IMG/VR virus record: IMGVR_UViG_3300050146_000027
Coordinates: 1-64,000 of that record
DNA: 64,000 nt
Source: a virus
Taxonomy: Duplodnaviria; Caudoviricetes
Direction: 5' to 3' (one strand)
Position 1 is the first letter of the stretch. The number at the start of each line of letters is the position of its first letter. Below are positions 16,810 through 24,071 of this stretch, piece after piece. The notes under the pieces are model-generated. The model worked only from the letters and a program-made list of their open reading frames with translations. It did not search any database and had not been told where the DNA came from. Made by a program: the position numbers and the translations under genes.

Positions 16810-16824
16810 CTCCTATTTAGGTTG
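16810..16824 (-). repeat. 15-nt motif, copy 3
   Basis: CTCCTATTTAGGTTG on the + strand. Confidence 0.85.
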
Positions 16825-16968
16825 TGAACGCAGCTTGAGCTGACATTCAGCATGGATGGTGAACAGGGATGTGTAGTAGGCAGCGGCGTTGCCACACACA
16901 TCTTTCTTGGCTCGTTCTTGAGCTGATGGGATCAGCACAATGGGCTTATTGCAGTGGGTGCACTTCAT
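16813..16968 (-). CDS. small zinc-binding protein (51 aa; not in the ORF track)
   Basis: MKCTHCNKPIVLIPSAQERAKK...HAEC. Confidence 0.55.
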   Translation of the reverse strand: MKCTHCNKPIVLIPSAQERAKKDVCGNAAAYYTSLFTIHAECQLKLRSQPK

Positions 16969-17014
16969 TTTTACCCTTTAGGTGAGTCCAGCCAAAAAGT
17001 TCAAATAAGTAGGG

Positions 17015-17039
17015 CATGACTTATCGCCATGACCTATCG
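17015..17039. repeat. tandem 12-nt direct repeat CATGACYTATCG
   Basis: CATGACTTATCG-C-CATGACCTATCG, intergenic. Confidence 0.6.
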
Positions 17040-17049
17040 AGTTGAAATG

Positions 17050-17076
17050 AAAAGAGCCACCCGAAGGCAGCTCTTT
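17050..17076 (-). terminator. intrinsic terminator ending the gp2 early unit
   Basis: - strand AAAGAGCTGCC-TTCG-GGTGGCTCTTTT. Confidence 0.75.
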
Positions 17077-17097
17077 AGATGCGAGTTGGAAGGACGA

Positions 17098-17319
17098 TTA
17101 CTTCGTCGCAGACTCGCCAAACGTCGAACGAGGACGCTTGGAATCGATGTCACGGTACTTGCGTTCCTGACGTTGACAGGCAGCTTCCCCGTCCTTGCGA
17201 TGAACTGCGTGGGTGGCCTGCAAATAAATCTGAGCAGGCGTCGGCTGACGGATCATGTTGAGCTCAGGCTTCTTCACTTGGCTGAATTGCTTGTCAGTGG
17301 CGTTGGCTTTGATGGTCAT
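17098..17319 (-). CDS. early hypothetical protein
   Basis: RBS GGAG; basic 73-aa ORF. Confidence 0.6.
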   Translation of the reverse strand: MTIKANATDKQFSQVKKPELNMIRQPTPAQIYLQATHAVHRKDGEAACQRQERKYRDIDSKRPRSTFGESATK

Positions 17320-17415
17320 GGTTTCTCCAGTGAGAGTTGAAAGTTAAAGGAGGCAAGTTGCCCAGCATACCCTCGGTTAAAAGGGCATGCGGAGTTCTCG
17401 GGAACCAGGCTTGGA

Positions 17416-17868
17416 TCAGAACTTCAGTTCACGGATGAACTGGTTCTGGTCGGGAGCGATTTCGGCCTGTTCGTCATTGACACGACGCAGCTGGATCGAC
17501 AGGTTCAGGATGACCTCTTCGCCAGGCTTGAGCTGTTCAGCACGAGCCATGATCTGGTCCATGAGGTTGTTACGTGCCGATTGGAAGGCAGCAAACTCAT
17601 GGTTGCGGGAGTTGGTGGCCAGGCGTTCTTGGCCGTCCAGCGGGATGCCGGCCGGCAACGAGACGAACTTGGTGCCACCAGAGGCTTCATCAGCAACGCC
17701 GGAGTCATAGCCGATGTTCAGCCAGAACTTGGCCTTGGGACGGTCACCAGAGTTGCCCTTGCCATTGACGGAAGTCGGAGCAGGAGCTGCACCGAAAGTG
17801 CGATGGAAGTCAATGCCACCAGGAGTACCGGTAGCAGCAGGAGCATGAGTGTTTGCGTTCGTGGACAT
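17416..17868 (-). CDS. N4 gp2-like ssDNA-binding activator of RNAPII
   Basis: DRPKAKFWLNIGY..KFVSLPAGIPLDGQE..LKPGEE..LNLSIQLRRV matches the recalled N4 gp2 sequence. Confidence 0.85.
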   Translation of the reverse strand: MSTNANTHAPAATGTPGGIDFHRTFGAAPAPTSVNGKGNSGDRPKAKFWLNIGYDSGVADEASGGTKFVSLPAGIPLDGQERLATNSRNHEFAAFQSARNNLMDQIMARAEQLKPGEEVILNLSIQLRRVNDEQAEIAPDQNQFIRELKF

Positions 17869-17928
17869 GATGTGATCCTTGGAGGTGATGTGAGAGATGA
17901 ATGAATAGATGCTGACAACCAGCAACCA

Positions 17929-17947
17929 CCAAAAGACGCGCAGCGTC
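17929..17947 (-). promoter_or_regulatory. vRNAP hairpin promoter upstream of gp2
   Basis: Template (+) strand CCAAAA-GACGC-GCA-GCGTC, versus N4 P2 CCAAAA-GAAGC-GGA-GCTTC. Confidence 0.8.
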
Positions 17948-17967
17948 AGTGACTTAGCCGAGCAAGC

Positions 17968-18144
17968 TCAGCGGATGATTCCAACTTTGACAACGGAGTT
18001 GAGTGCGTAGAACATGCCAAGAAGCATGGCAGCAGTGCCCACCCATTGGGTGACTGCGTCAGCTCCAAAGGCAGCACACATGCCGCCCAGGGTGATCATG
18101 ACCAAGCCTGCAATGAATAGGACGATGAATTGGAGCAGGGACAT
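17968..18144 (-). CDS. small two-TM early membrane protein
   Basis: Hydrophobic 58 aa; RBS GAGGT. Confidence 0.55.
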   Translation of the reverse strand: MSLLQFIVLFIAGLVMITLGGMCAAFGADAVTQWVGTAAMLLGMFYALNSVVKVGIIR

Positions 18145-18155
18145 TTGAGGTGACC

Positions 18156-18389
18156 TCACTGGTAGTTGAGTTCGACGTTGATGGTGCGGAAGGTGATTTC
18201 TTCGTCATCATTCTCGAAGGTGGTGATGTAGTGGTCGTGGTTGATGCCGACACCGATGATGCCTGAATCAGCCACTTCCACGCCGACGTAGAGCAGCTTG
18301 TCAGAGCCTTCGTAGATCTGACCGTGCTTGAGGCTTTCACTCCCCAGCGGGTAGAGCTGGGTTGTCTTGTTGTTGATGGTGATGGGCAT
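18156..18389 (-). CDS. early hypothetical protein
   Basis: RBS AGGAG then ATG 18389. Confidence 0.6.
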   Translation of the reverse strand: MPITINNKTTQLYPLGSESLKHGQIYEGSDKLLYVGVEVADSGIIGVGINHDHYITTFENDDEEITFRTINVELNYQ

Positions 18390-18432
18390 AGCCACTCCTA
18401 TTTATGTCTAAAAGACGGAGAGAGTTGGACTC

Positions 18433-18567
18433 TCAGATGCAGGAACGGGAGATCTCATGGCCCATGCAAGCAGGGTCGAAGAGCTCAGCGTTGGTGATGT
18501 AGAGACCAACCAGACAGAGCGCAATCAGGATGACAGCGACTGTCTTCAGAATGGGATGATTGACCAT
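18433..18567 (-). CDS. small single-TM early protein (44 aa; not in the ORF track)
   Basis: MVNHPILKTVAVILIALCLVGLYITNAELFDPACMGHEISRSCI. Confidence 0.5.
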   Translation of the reverse strand: MVNHPILKTVAVILIALCLVGLYITNAELFDPACMGHEISRSCI

Positions 18568-18647
18568 GATGATTAGACCTATCTTAGGGATGGGATCAAC
18601 CTACCCTGGTGAGGGATAGGTTGAAGGGAGGCTTAGGCCTTGTTTAG

Positions 18648-18968
18648 TTAGGCCTTGAGCAGAGTTGCGAGCTCGTCGTAAGCTTGTTGGTACTGAGTAC
18701 CATGTTGCTCACTTTGCTTGGCGAATGCTTGCATTTGGATGCGTGACTCGGCCAGTTCCTGTGCCTTCTCCTGATGGAGAGTCTTCTCGAAGATGGCGTT
18801 GTCCAGCTTGGAGCGGACTTCTTGGCGAAGAGCAGCGTCAGTGACGAACTTGTTTGCCATGCCAACAGCGGAGTTGATGGCGGTGAGTGCACCAGTAGCA
18901 GTATTGGCAGTTGTTTGCACAGCAGCCAGGATGGAGCCAACGGTCATGCGTGAGTTAGCGACGGACAT
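18648..18968 (-). CDS. N4 gp1-like early protein
   Basis: ANSRMTVGSILAAVQTTANTATG..NSAVGMANKFV resembles the recalled N4 gp1. Confidence 0.7.
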   Translation of the reverse strand: MSVANSRMTVGSILAAVQTTANTATGALTAINSAVGMANKFVTDAALRQEVRSKLDNAIFEKTLHQEKAQELAESRIQMQAFAKQSEQHGTQYQQAYDELATLLKA

Positions 18969-18969
18969 G

Positions 18970-19630
18970 TGATGTACCTCAAGATAAGTAGGAAGGATGG
19001 ATCGATGATGATCCCTACAAGAGGCGCAGCCTCAATGATGTGGGGTAGGCGTGTGGTCGGTGTGGATACCCTATACCCGCACACACATATGACCCAAATC
19101 ACTATGTCCCCTCATATTTATTCTGAGGATCTACTCACTACCGAGATATCTTAGAGGGAGATCGGCCCCTTTCTTTCTTGGTTCATGCCAAGGGCTTCTC
19201 ACCACAAAAATATATTGTGGGAAGCTATAGGGGCGAAGCGATCCACATGAGGAGGTAGCACCAAGGCACGTCTGAGCGCAGCGAGGACGTGGCCTGCAGT
19301 GCGGACGAGGATGGGGGATTGCTGAGCGCATGAATGCTACCCACCAATGAAAGAAGGGAGACCTTCACAGATCTCCCTTCAGTGTCGCAGCAGGATTGAG
19401 GAGCCTCCCCTGCGACTGTAGCTGTTACCCACCTGCTACTGGGGCATGGCGCAACTCGTCGTACAACCAAGAAGCAGCTCCAGTGTAGCGGAGCCCTTTG
19501 CCGTAGGCAATGGGCAATAGGGGACACCATCTCTTGTCTTCATTTTGTTGAAGGAGATTTCTACAGGGTGTGATAGAGTTTAGGCTTACCTTCGTCGAAA
19601 GACAACCCTCAATCTTTGTTGGAGAGACCA
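18970..19630. other. non-coding divergence point; probable collapsed terminal repeat / genome end
   Basis: Early genes leave to the left and the terminase operon to the right, as across the N4 ends; many inverted repeats. Confidence 0.6.
19013..19033 (-). promoter_or_regulatory. vRNAP hairpin promoter upstream of gp1
   Basis: Template strand CCCTACAA-GAGGC-GCA-GCCTC, 53 bp from the gp1 start. Confidence 0.7.
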
Positions 19631-20410
19631 ATGAACAGCGCACATGACCTGACCGAAGTCGAGATCAAGAACCTGATTGCCCGTGGCACTGCCCCGAAGA
19701 TCGAAGAGCATGAGATCGAAGCTCTGATTGTCAAGGAAGAGTTTCACCAGTTTGCAGGCACGACCCTCATCACCTGCGTGTTGACTTTGAAGAACGGCTA
19801 CACCGTGAGCGGTGAGTCGGCCTGTGCAGATCCCACCAACTTCAAGGAAGACACTGGCCGTGCTCTGGCCCGCAAGCAAGCCAAGGGCAAGATCTGGTCG
19901 CTGGAAGGCTATGTGCTGAAGAACAAGCTGGCCTTGATCGAAGCAGCAACCAAGCCCACCAAGCCAGATGCAGATGTCAAGACCTACGTCGGTACGAAGG
20001 TGGTTCATGCTTGCCCGATGACTCGACTGGCCTACAACAAGCTCCGTGGTTGGGAGTTGCCTGCAAATGAAAATGGCGATGACGCCGGCTATCTGGTGGA
20101 GTACGCCGACGGTGGTGCACCCAACCTGCCCTCGTTCCGTGGCTACGTCAGTTGGTCCCCCAAGGATGTCTTTGAGAAAGCCTACACCACTGGGGTAACT
20201 TTGAAGAAGACCACCTATGTGGAGCGCATGCTTGAAGAGGTCGCTCAGCTGGGTGAAAAGATCAGGCTGCTGGACAAGTTCATCGAAGGCAGCATCTTTC
20301 CGACCATTGACATTCAGGATGGACAAGATCTGGTGCTTCAGTTGCAGGTCATGAGCGAGTACCACAGCATCCTGAGCCGTCGCTTGCAGCGGGCACAGAA
20401 ACAAAGCTGA
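19631..20410 (+). CDS. three-domain protein: gp49/gp66-family domain + YxGTK..GY.V.Y..SWSP domain + helical crAss001_48-like domain
   Basis: TLITCVLTLKNGYTVSGESACADPTNF..G..LAR..A..KIW.LEGY; YVGTKVVHACPMT..GYLVEY..GYVSWSPKDVFEKAY; YVERMLEE..QL.EK...L.KF...QLQVMSEY..IL. Confidence 0.75.
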   Translation: MNSAHDLTEVEIKNLIARGTAPKIEEHEIEALIVKEEFHQFAGTTLITCVLTLKNGYTVSGESACADPTNFKEDTGRALARKQAKGKIWSLEGYVLKNKLALIEAATKPTKPDADVKTYVGTKVVHACPMTRLAYNKLRGWELPANENGDDAGYLVEYADGGAPNLPSFRGYVSWSPKDVFEKAYTTGVTLKKTTYVERMLEEVAQLGEKIRLLDKFIEGSIFPTIDIQDGQDLVLQLQVMSEYHSILSRRLQRAQKQS

Positions 20411-20427
20411 AGCTGATCATTGGGGCA

Positions 20428-20461
20428 TCGCGCCGCAGGCGCGAGCTACTCCAAGAGTAGC
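20428..20461. promoter_or_regulatory. two abutting 7-bp triloop hairpins
   Basis: TCGCGCC-GCA-GGCGCGA directly followed by GCTACTC-CAA-GAGTAGC. Confidence 0.5.
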
Positions 20462-20493
20462 GAGCCCCTCTTACGACATAAGTAGGAAGAACC

Positions 20494-20733
20494 ATGCCCG
20501 ATTACCTGGACCCCTTTGGGAACTACGACCACATCAAGTCACTGCCGATGGCAGAGGCCGTTGCCCGAGCCAAGGAGATGCAACAGCAGATCCTTGCCTT
20601 ACATGAAGAAGTCTCCAAGGAGATCCGCATGCATGTGTCGACTGTGAAGAGCCGCGAGACGATCCGTGCCAAGATTGCTGTACTCCAAGAAGAGATGAAG
20701 TTCCTTCTTGTTCGTAGTGCACTAGCAACCTAA
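20494..20733 (+). CDS. hypothetical coiled-coil protein
   Basis: RBS AGGAAG; heptad pattern. Confidence 0.6.
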   Translation: MPDYLDPFGNYDHIKSLPMAEAVARAKEMQQQILALHEEVSKEIRMHVSTVKSRETIRAKIAVLQEEMKFLLVRSALAT

Positions 20734-20747
20734 GTAGGAAGAAGATC

Positions 20748-21422
20748 ATGACATTGACCGTAGCTGACGTTGCTAAGGCCCTGCCCCCCAATCTCAAGGG
20801 GGCAGCCACTCCTGAGTTCGTTGACCAGATCAACAACATCGTGACTGACCCGGAGGTGGCCCAGCATGTGCGGGACAACTTCATCAGCTACACCAAAGTC
20901 TTGCAGGATGGGAAGTTCAAGACTGAGGACTACCTGCATGCGGTGACTTACGTCAGCTTCAAGCTCATGGGGCTCTCCAATCAGGATGCCTACTTCCGTA
21001 CCTTCCCGGCTCGACATGCTCGACTGGTAGCGGCCGGCACTTCATCGAAAGACATTGCCGCCTACGTCTCGGGCTACAACCGAGGCAAGTTGGTGAACCT
21101 GATCCTGGAGCAAAGCTTGGTGCCCACCTGGGTTCTGAACCAAGACATCTACCAGAAGGCCATCAACGTGCAGGCTGACTTGATGGCCAATGCCATGAGT
21201 GAGCTGGTTCGCACGCAGGCAGCCAACTCGCTGCTGACTCACCTGGCCAAGCCCAAGGAAGCCGGCCCGCTGGTAAACATCGACATGCGTGAGAGCTCTG
21301 GCATGAACGAACTCAAGGACACCCTCACCAAATTGGCACTGCAGCAGCAAGCTCTGATCCAAGCCGGTGTGTCTACCAAATCGATCGCTGAACAGAACAT
21401 CATTGATGTGGAGGCCAAGTAA
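20748..21422 (+). CDS. N4 gp69-like protein (putative terminase small subunit)
   Basis: DNFISYTKVL..GKFK..DYL.AV.YVS.KLMG..N..AY..TFP.R; immediately upstream of the large terminase. Confidence 0.75.
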   Translation: MTLTVADVAKALPPNLKGAATPEFVDQINNIVTDPEVAQHVRDNFISYTKVLQDGKFKTEDYLHAVTYVSFKLMGLSNQDAYFRTFPARHARLVAAGTSSKDIAAYVSGYNRGKLVNLILEQSLVPTWVLNQDIYQKAINVQADLMANAMSELVRTQAANSLLTHLAKPKEAGPLVNIDMRESSGMNELKDTLTKLALQQQALIQAGVSTKSIAEQNIIDVEAK

Positions 21423-23014
21423 TGACCGCTCTCATCAAACAAGACTTGGATCTGTGGTTGGATCAAGTCAACTACGCAGACATCAACAGCTCGTTGTATC
21501 TGCCGTCTGAGTTTGCACTGACGTTCATGAACTTCATCAAGTTGGTGAACGGGAGCCAAGGAGAAAGCAACAAGACTCCTGCAGTTCACTTGAAGATGCT
21601 GGACAAGGTTGTGGGTCCAAGCGACTACATTGCCAACCTCTGCTTTCGTGGTGCAGCAAAGACCACGCTCTTCATGGAATACTTCAGTCTGTTCCTTGGA
21701 GTATTCCACTGTCTGCCAGGATTCGGTGCTATTGATGGGATGATCTACGTCTCAGACTCTATGGACAACGGCGTCAAGTCAGCACGGAAGAACATTGAGT
21801 TCCGCTACAACAACAGTGAGTTCTTGCAGCAGTGGATTCCGGAAGCGAAGTTTACTGACGCCTACATCGAGTTCAAGAACCGATCGGGCGAGATGCTGGG
21901 CATCAAGATGTTCGGTGCCAAGACCGGTCTGCGGGGTACGAAAATCTTTGGCAAGCGCCCTGTCATTGCCATCCTTGATGACTTGGTGAGTGATGATGAC
22001 GCCAACTCCAAAGCGGCCATGAGCACCATCAAGGACACGGTCTACAAGGGCGTGAACCATGCACTGGATCCAACCCGTCGCAAGGTGATTTTCAACGGCA
22101 CTCCGTTCAACAAGGATGACATCCTGATCGAAGCGGTTGAATCTGGTGGCTGGGATGTGAACGTCTGGCCAGTCTGCGAAAGGTTTCCATGCAGCCGAGA
22201 AGAGTTTGTCGGTGCTTGGCCAGATCGATTCAGCTACGACTACATCCAAAGTCAGTACGAGCTGGCTGAGAAAACCGGGAAGCTGTCTGGTTTCTACCAA
22301 GAGCTCATGCTTCGCATCTCGTCTGAGGATGAGCGCCTTGTGCAAGATGCAGAAATTCGCTGGTACAAGCGGGCGCAGATCCTCAGCAACAAGGGGATGT
22401 ACAACTTCTACATCACGACTGACTTTGCCACAAGCAAAAAACAGACCGCCGATTACAACGTGATCAGCGTTTGGGCCTACAATGCCAATGGCGATTGGTT
22501 CTGGGTAGATGGTATCTATGTTCGTCAGACCATGGATCACACGATCAACGATCTGTTCCGGCTGGTGCAAGCGTACCGACCACAGCAAGTAGGCGTCGAG
22601 ATCACAGGCCAGCAGGGTGCTTTCATTCAGTGGCTTCAGCAAGAAATGCTGAGTCGGAATATCTGGTTCAACTTTGCCAGCTCCGAGAAAAGCAATGAGC
22701 CCGGCATTCGTCCTTCTGTTGACAAGCTGCAGCGATTCAACCTTGTTGTCCCTTGGTTCAAGACCGGCAAGATGTACTTCCCTGAAGAGATGCGGCAAAG
22801 TACCATCATGGGTGCGTTCATGCAGCAGATTCGTTTGACCACGATGTCTGGCATCAAAGGCAAGGATGACTGCCTGGATACCATCTCGATGCTCGGATAC
22901 TTGAAACCCTGGAAGCCGGCCGACGCTGTACCATTGAGTCAGCGTGACGATGGCGTCTGGGAACCAGATGAAGAAGAGGCATCGCCGTCTGCTTTGTCTT
23001 CCTACCTTGTGTGA
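21422..23014 (+). CDS. terL: terminase large subunit (N4 gp68-like)
   Basis: CFRGAAKTT Walker A, IAILDDLVSD Walker B, nuclease TTDFATS and DDCLDTISML. Confidence 0.93.
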   Translation: MTALIKQDLDLWLDQVNYADINSSLYLPSEFALTFMNFIKLVNGSQGESNKTPAVHLKMLDKVVGPSDYIANLCFRGAAKTTLFMEYFSLFLGVFHCLPGFGAIDGMIYVSDSMDNGVKSARKNIEFRYNNSEFLQQWIPEAKFTDAYIEFKNRSGEMLGIKMFGAKTGLRGTKIFGKRPVIAILDDLVSDDDANSKAAMSTIKDTVYKGVNHALDPTRRKVIFNGTPFNKDDILIEAVESGGWDVNVWPVCERFPCSREEFVGAWPDRFSYDYIQSQYELAEKTGKLSGFYQELMLRISSEDERLVQDAEIRWYKRAQILSNKGMYNFYITTDFATSKKQTADYNVISVWAYNANGDWFWVDGIYVRQTMDHTINDLFRLVQAYRPQQVGVEITGQQGAFIQWLQQEMLSRNIWFNFASSEKSNEPGIRPSVDKLQRFNLVVPWFKTGKMYFPEEMRQSTIMGAFMQQIRLTTMSGIKGKDDCLDTISMLGYLKPWKPADAVPLSQRDDGVWEPDEEEASPSALSSYLV

Positions 23015-23022
23015 GGCCCAAC

Positions 23023-23688
23023 ATGCATTTGTCTCAATTGCTCAAAGAACTTTCCTTCTCGGAGTTCTCCAACCTTGCTGTTGGGGAAAGTGGCTCTGGA
23101 GAAATCTCTGAAATGCGGCTGCCCTCTGTCGTTGCTGCAGTGAATGGTGCCCTGCTCCGGATCTACTCCAAGTTTCTACAGGACCACAAGACCGTGGTCT
23201 TGAAGAAGCTCGCCAATCAAACTCGTTACGTCATCTCGTCTGAGTTTGCTGAATCGACGGCGGCCGCTGTGCCCTACGTCATGGATGCAGCTGATCCTTT
23301 CAAGGACAACATCCTGAAGATCATCAGCGTGAACTACCAGAGTGGCGGGGACTCCAAGGCAATCACAGTCAACGTCCCTCGCACTGTGAACCTGCCTGAA
23401 GATGTGCCGGCTGGTACGTTGTTCCTTGTCAAGTTTCGGGCCAGTCATCCTGAGGTTGTCTACGATGACGACACCTTCATTGAAGCACCGCCTTCAGCAT
23501 TCGAAGCGATCAAGGCCTATGTCGCCTACAAAGAATACTCAGCCATGAACACCGAAACTGGTGTGGCAAAGGGTCAAGAGTACCTGGCATCATTCAATGC
23601 CCTCTGTGCTGAGCTTACGAATAGCGATACCATCGGTGTCACTGAAGAGTTCACTGACACCAAGTTTTCTGATCGAGGGTATGTATGA
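23023..23688 (+). CDS. head-tail adaptor, N4 gp67-like
   Basis: L..LSFSEFSNLAVG..N.AL..IYSKF...F.DRGYV; synteny. Confidence 0.7.
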   Translation: MHLSQLLKELSFSEFSNLAVGESGSGEISEMRLPSVVAAVNGALLRIYSKFLQDHKTVVLKKLANQTRYVISSEFAESTAAAVPYVMDAADPFKDNILKIISVNYQSGGDSKAITVNVPRTVNLPEDVPAGTLFLVKFRASHPEVVYDDDTFIEAPPSAFEAIKAYVAYKEYSAMNTETGVAKGQEYLASFNALCAELTNSDTIGVTEEFTDTKFSDRGYV

Positions 23689-24071
23689 GCTGCACCACCA
23701 ACACCACAGTGTCTTCACGCCGTCGGTCGAAGCAACTTGATCTGCTGATTGAGCAAGGTGCCACGTTCTCCATTCCGATCGTCTACAAAGAAGATACTCT
23801 TCCTGTGGACCTGACTGGTGCCACAGTGCACTGCCAGTTTCGAGAAAAGATCAACTCTCCTCTTGCTCTTTTGAATCTGTCTTCTGGAGTGAATGGTGGT
23901 CTGGTGGTCACTGCCCTTGAAGGCAAGATTGTCATGACGATCACTGGTGCACAGACTGACGTGATGAAGATCTGGACGGGCGTGTGGGACATGGTGATCA
24001 CGTTCCCCTCCGGTGAGAAGTTCCGCATCCTCAAGGGCCAGTGGACGCTGGACCGTGGAGTTACCCGATGA
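23685..24071 (+). CDS. tail/baseplate beta-sandwich adaptor protein
   Basis: DLLIEQGATF...PVDLTGAT....R...WDM......RILKG...LDRGVTR. Confidence 0.7.
   Translation: MSCTTNTTVSSRRRSKQLDLLIEQGATFSIPIVYKEDTLPVDLTGATVHCQFREKINSPLALLNLSSGVNGGLVVTALEGKIVMTITGAQTDVMKIWTGVWDMVITFPSGEKFRILKGQWTLDRGVTR

Noticed and set aside
15567-17039. CRISPR-like mini-array from the repeated motifs
   Set aside because: Repeats are 12-15 nt, irregularly spaced by whole genes, with no 30-40 nt spacers.
18409-18435. Third vRNAP promoter (CTAAAAGACGGAG..)
   Set aside because: Resembles the consensus linearly, but there is no stem around GGA; the nearby GAGAGT-TGG-ACTCTC hairpin lacks the C-GNA-G loop.
18969-19154. + strand 61-aa ORF after TAAGTAGGAAG
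   Set aside because: Overlaps the gp1 promoter hairpin in the presumed terminal region and has no protein-like features.
19254-19346. tRNA gene (7-bp stem ending ..ACCA)
   Set aside because: No T-loop GTTCRA or D-loop consensus, and 5 nt rather than 4 follow the stem.
19498-19510. vRNAP promoter at TTGCC-GTA-GGCAA
   Set aside because: Lacks -8 G and the A-rich spacer; kept only as part of the hairpin-rich end region.
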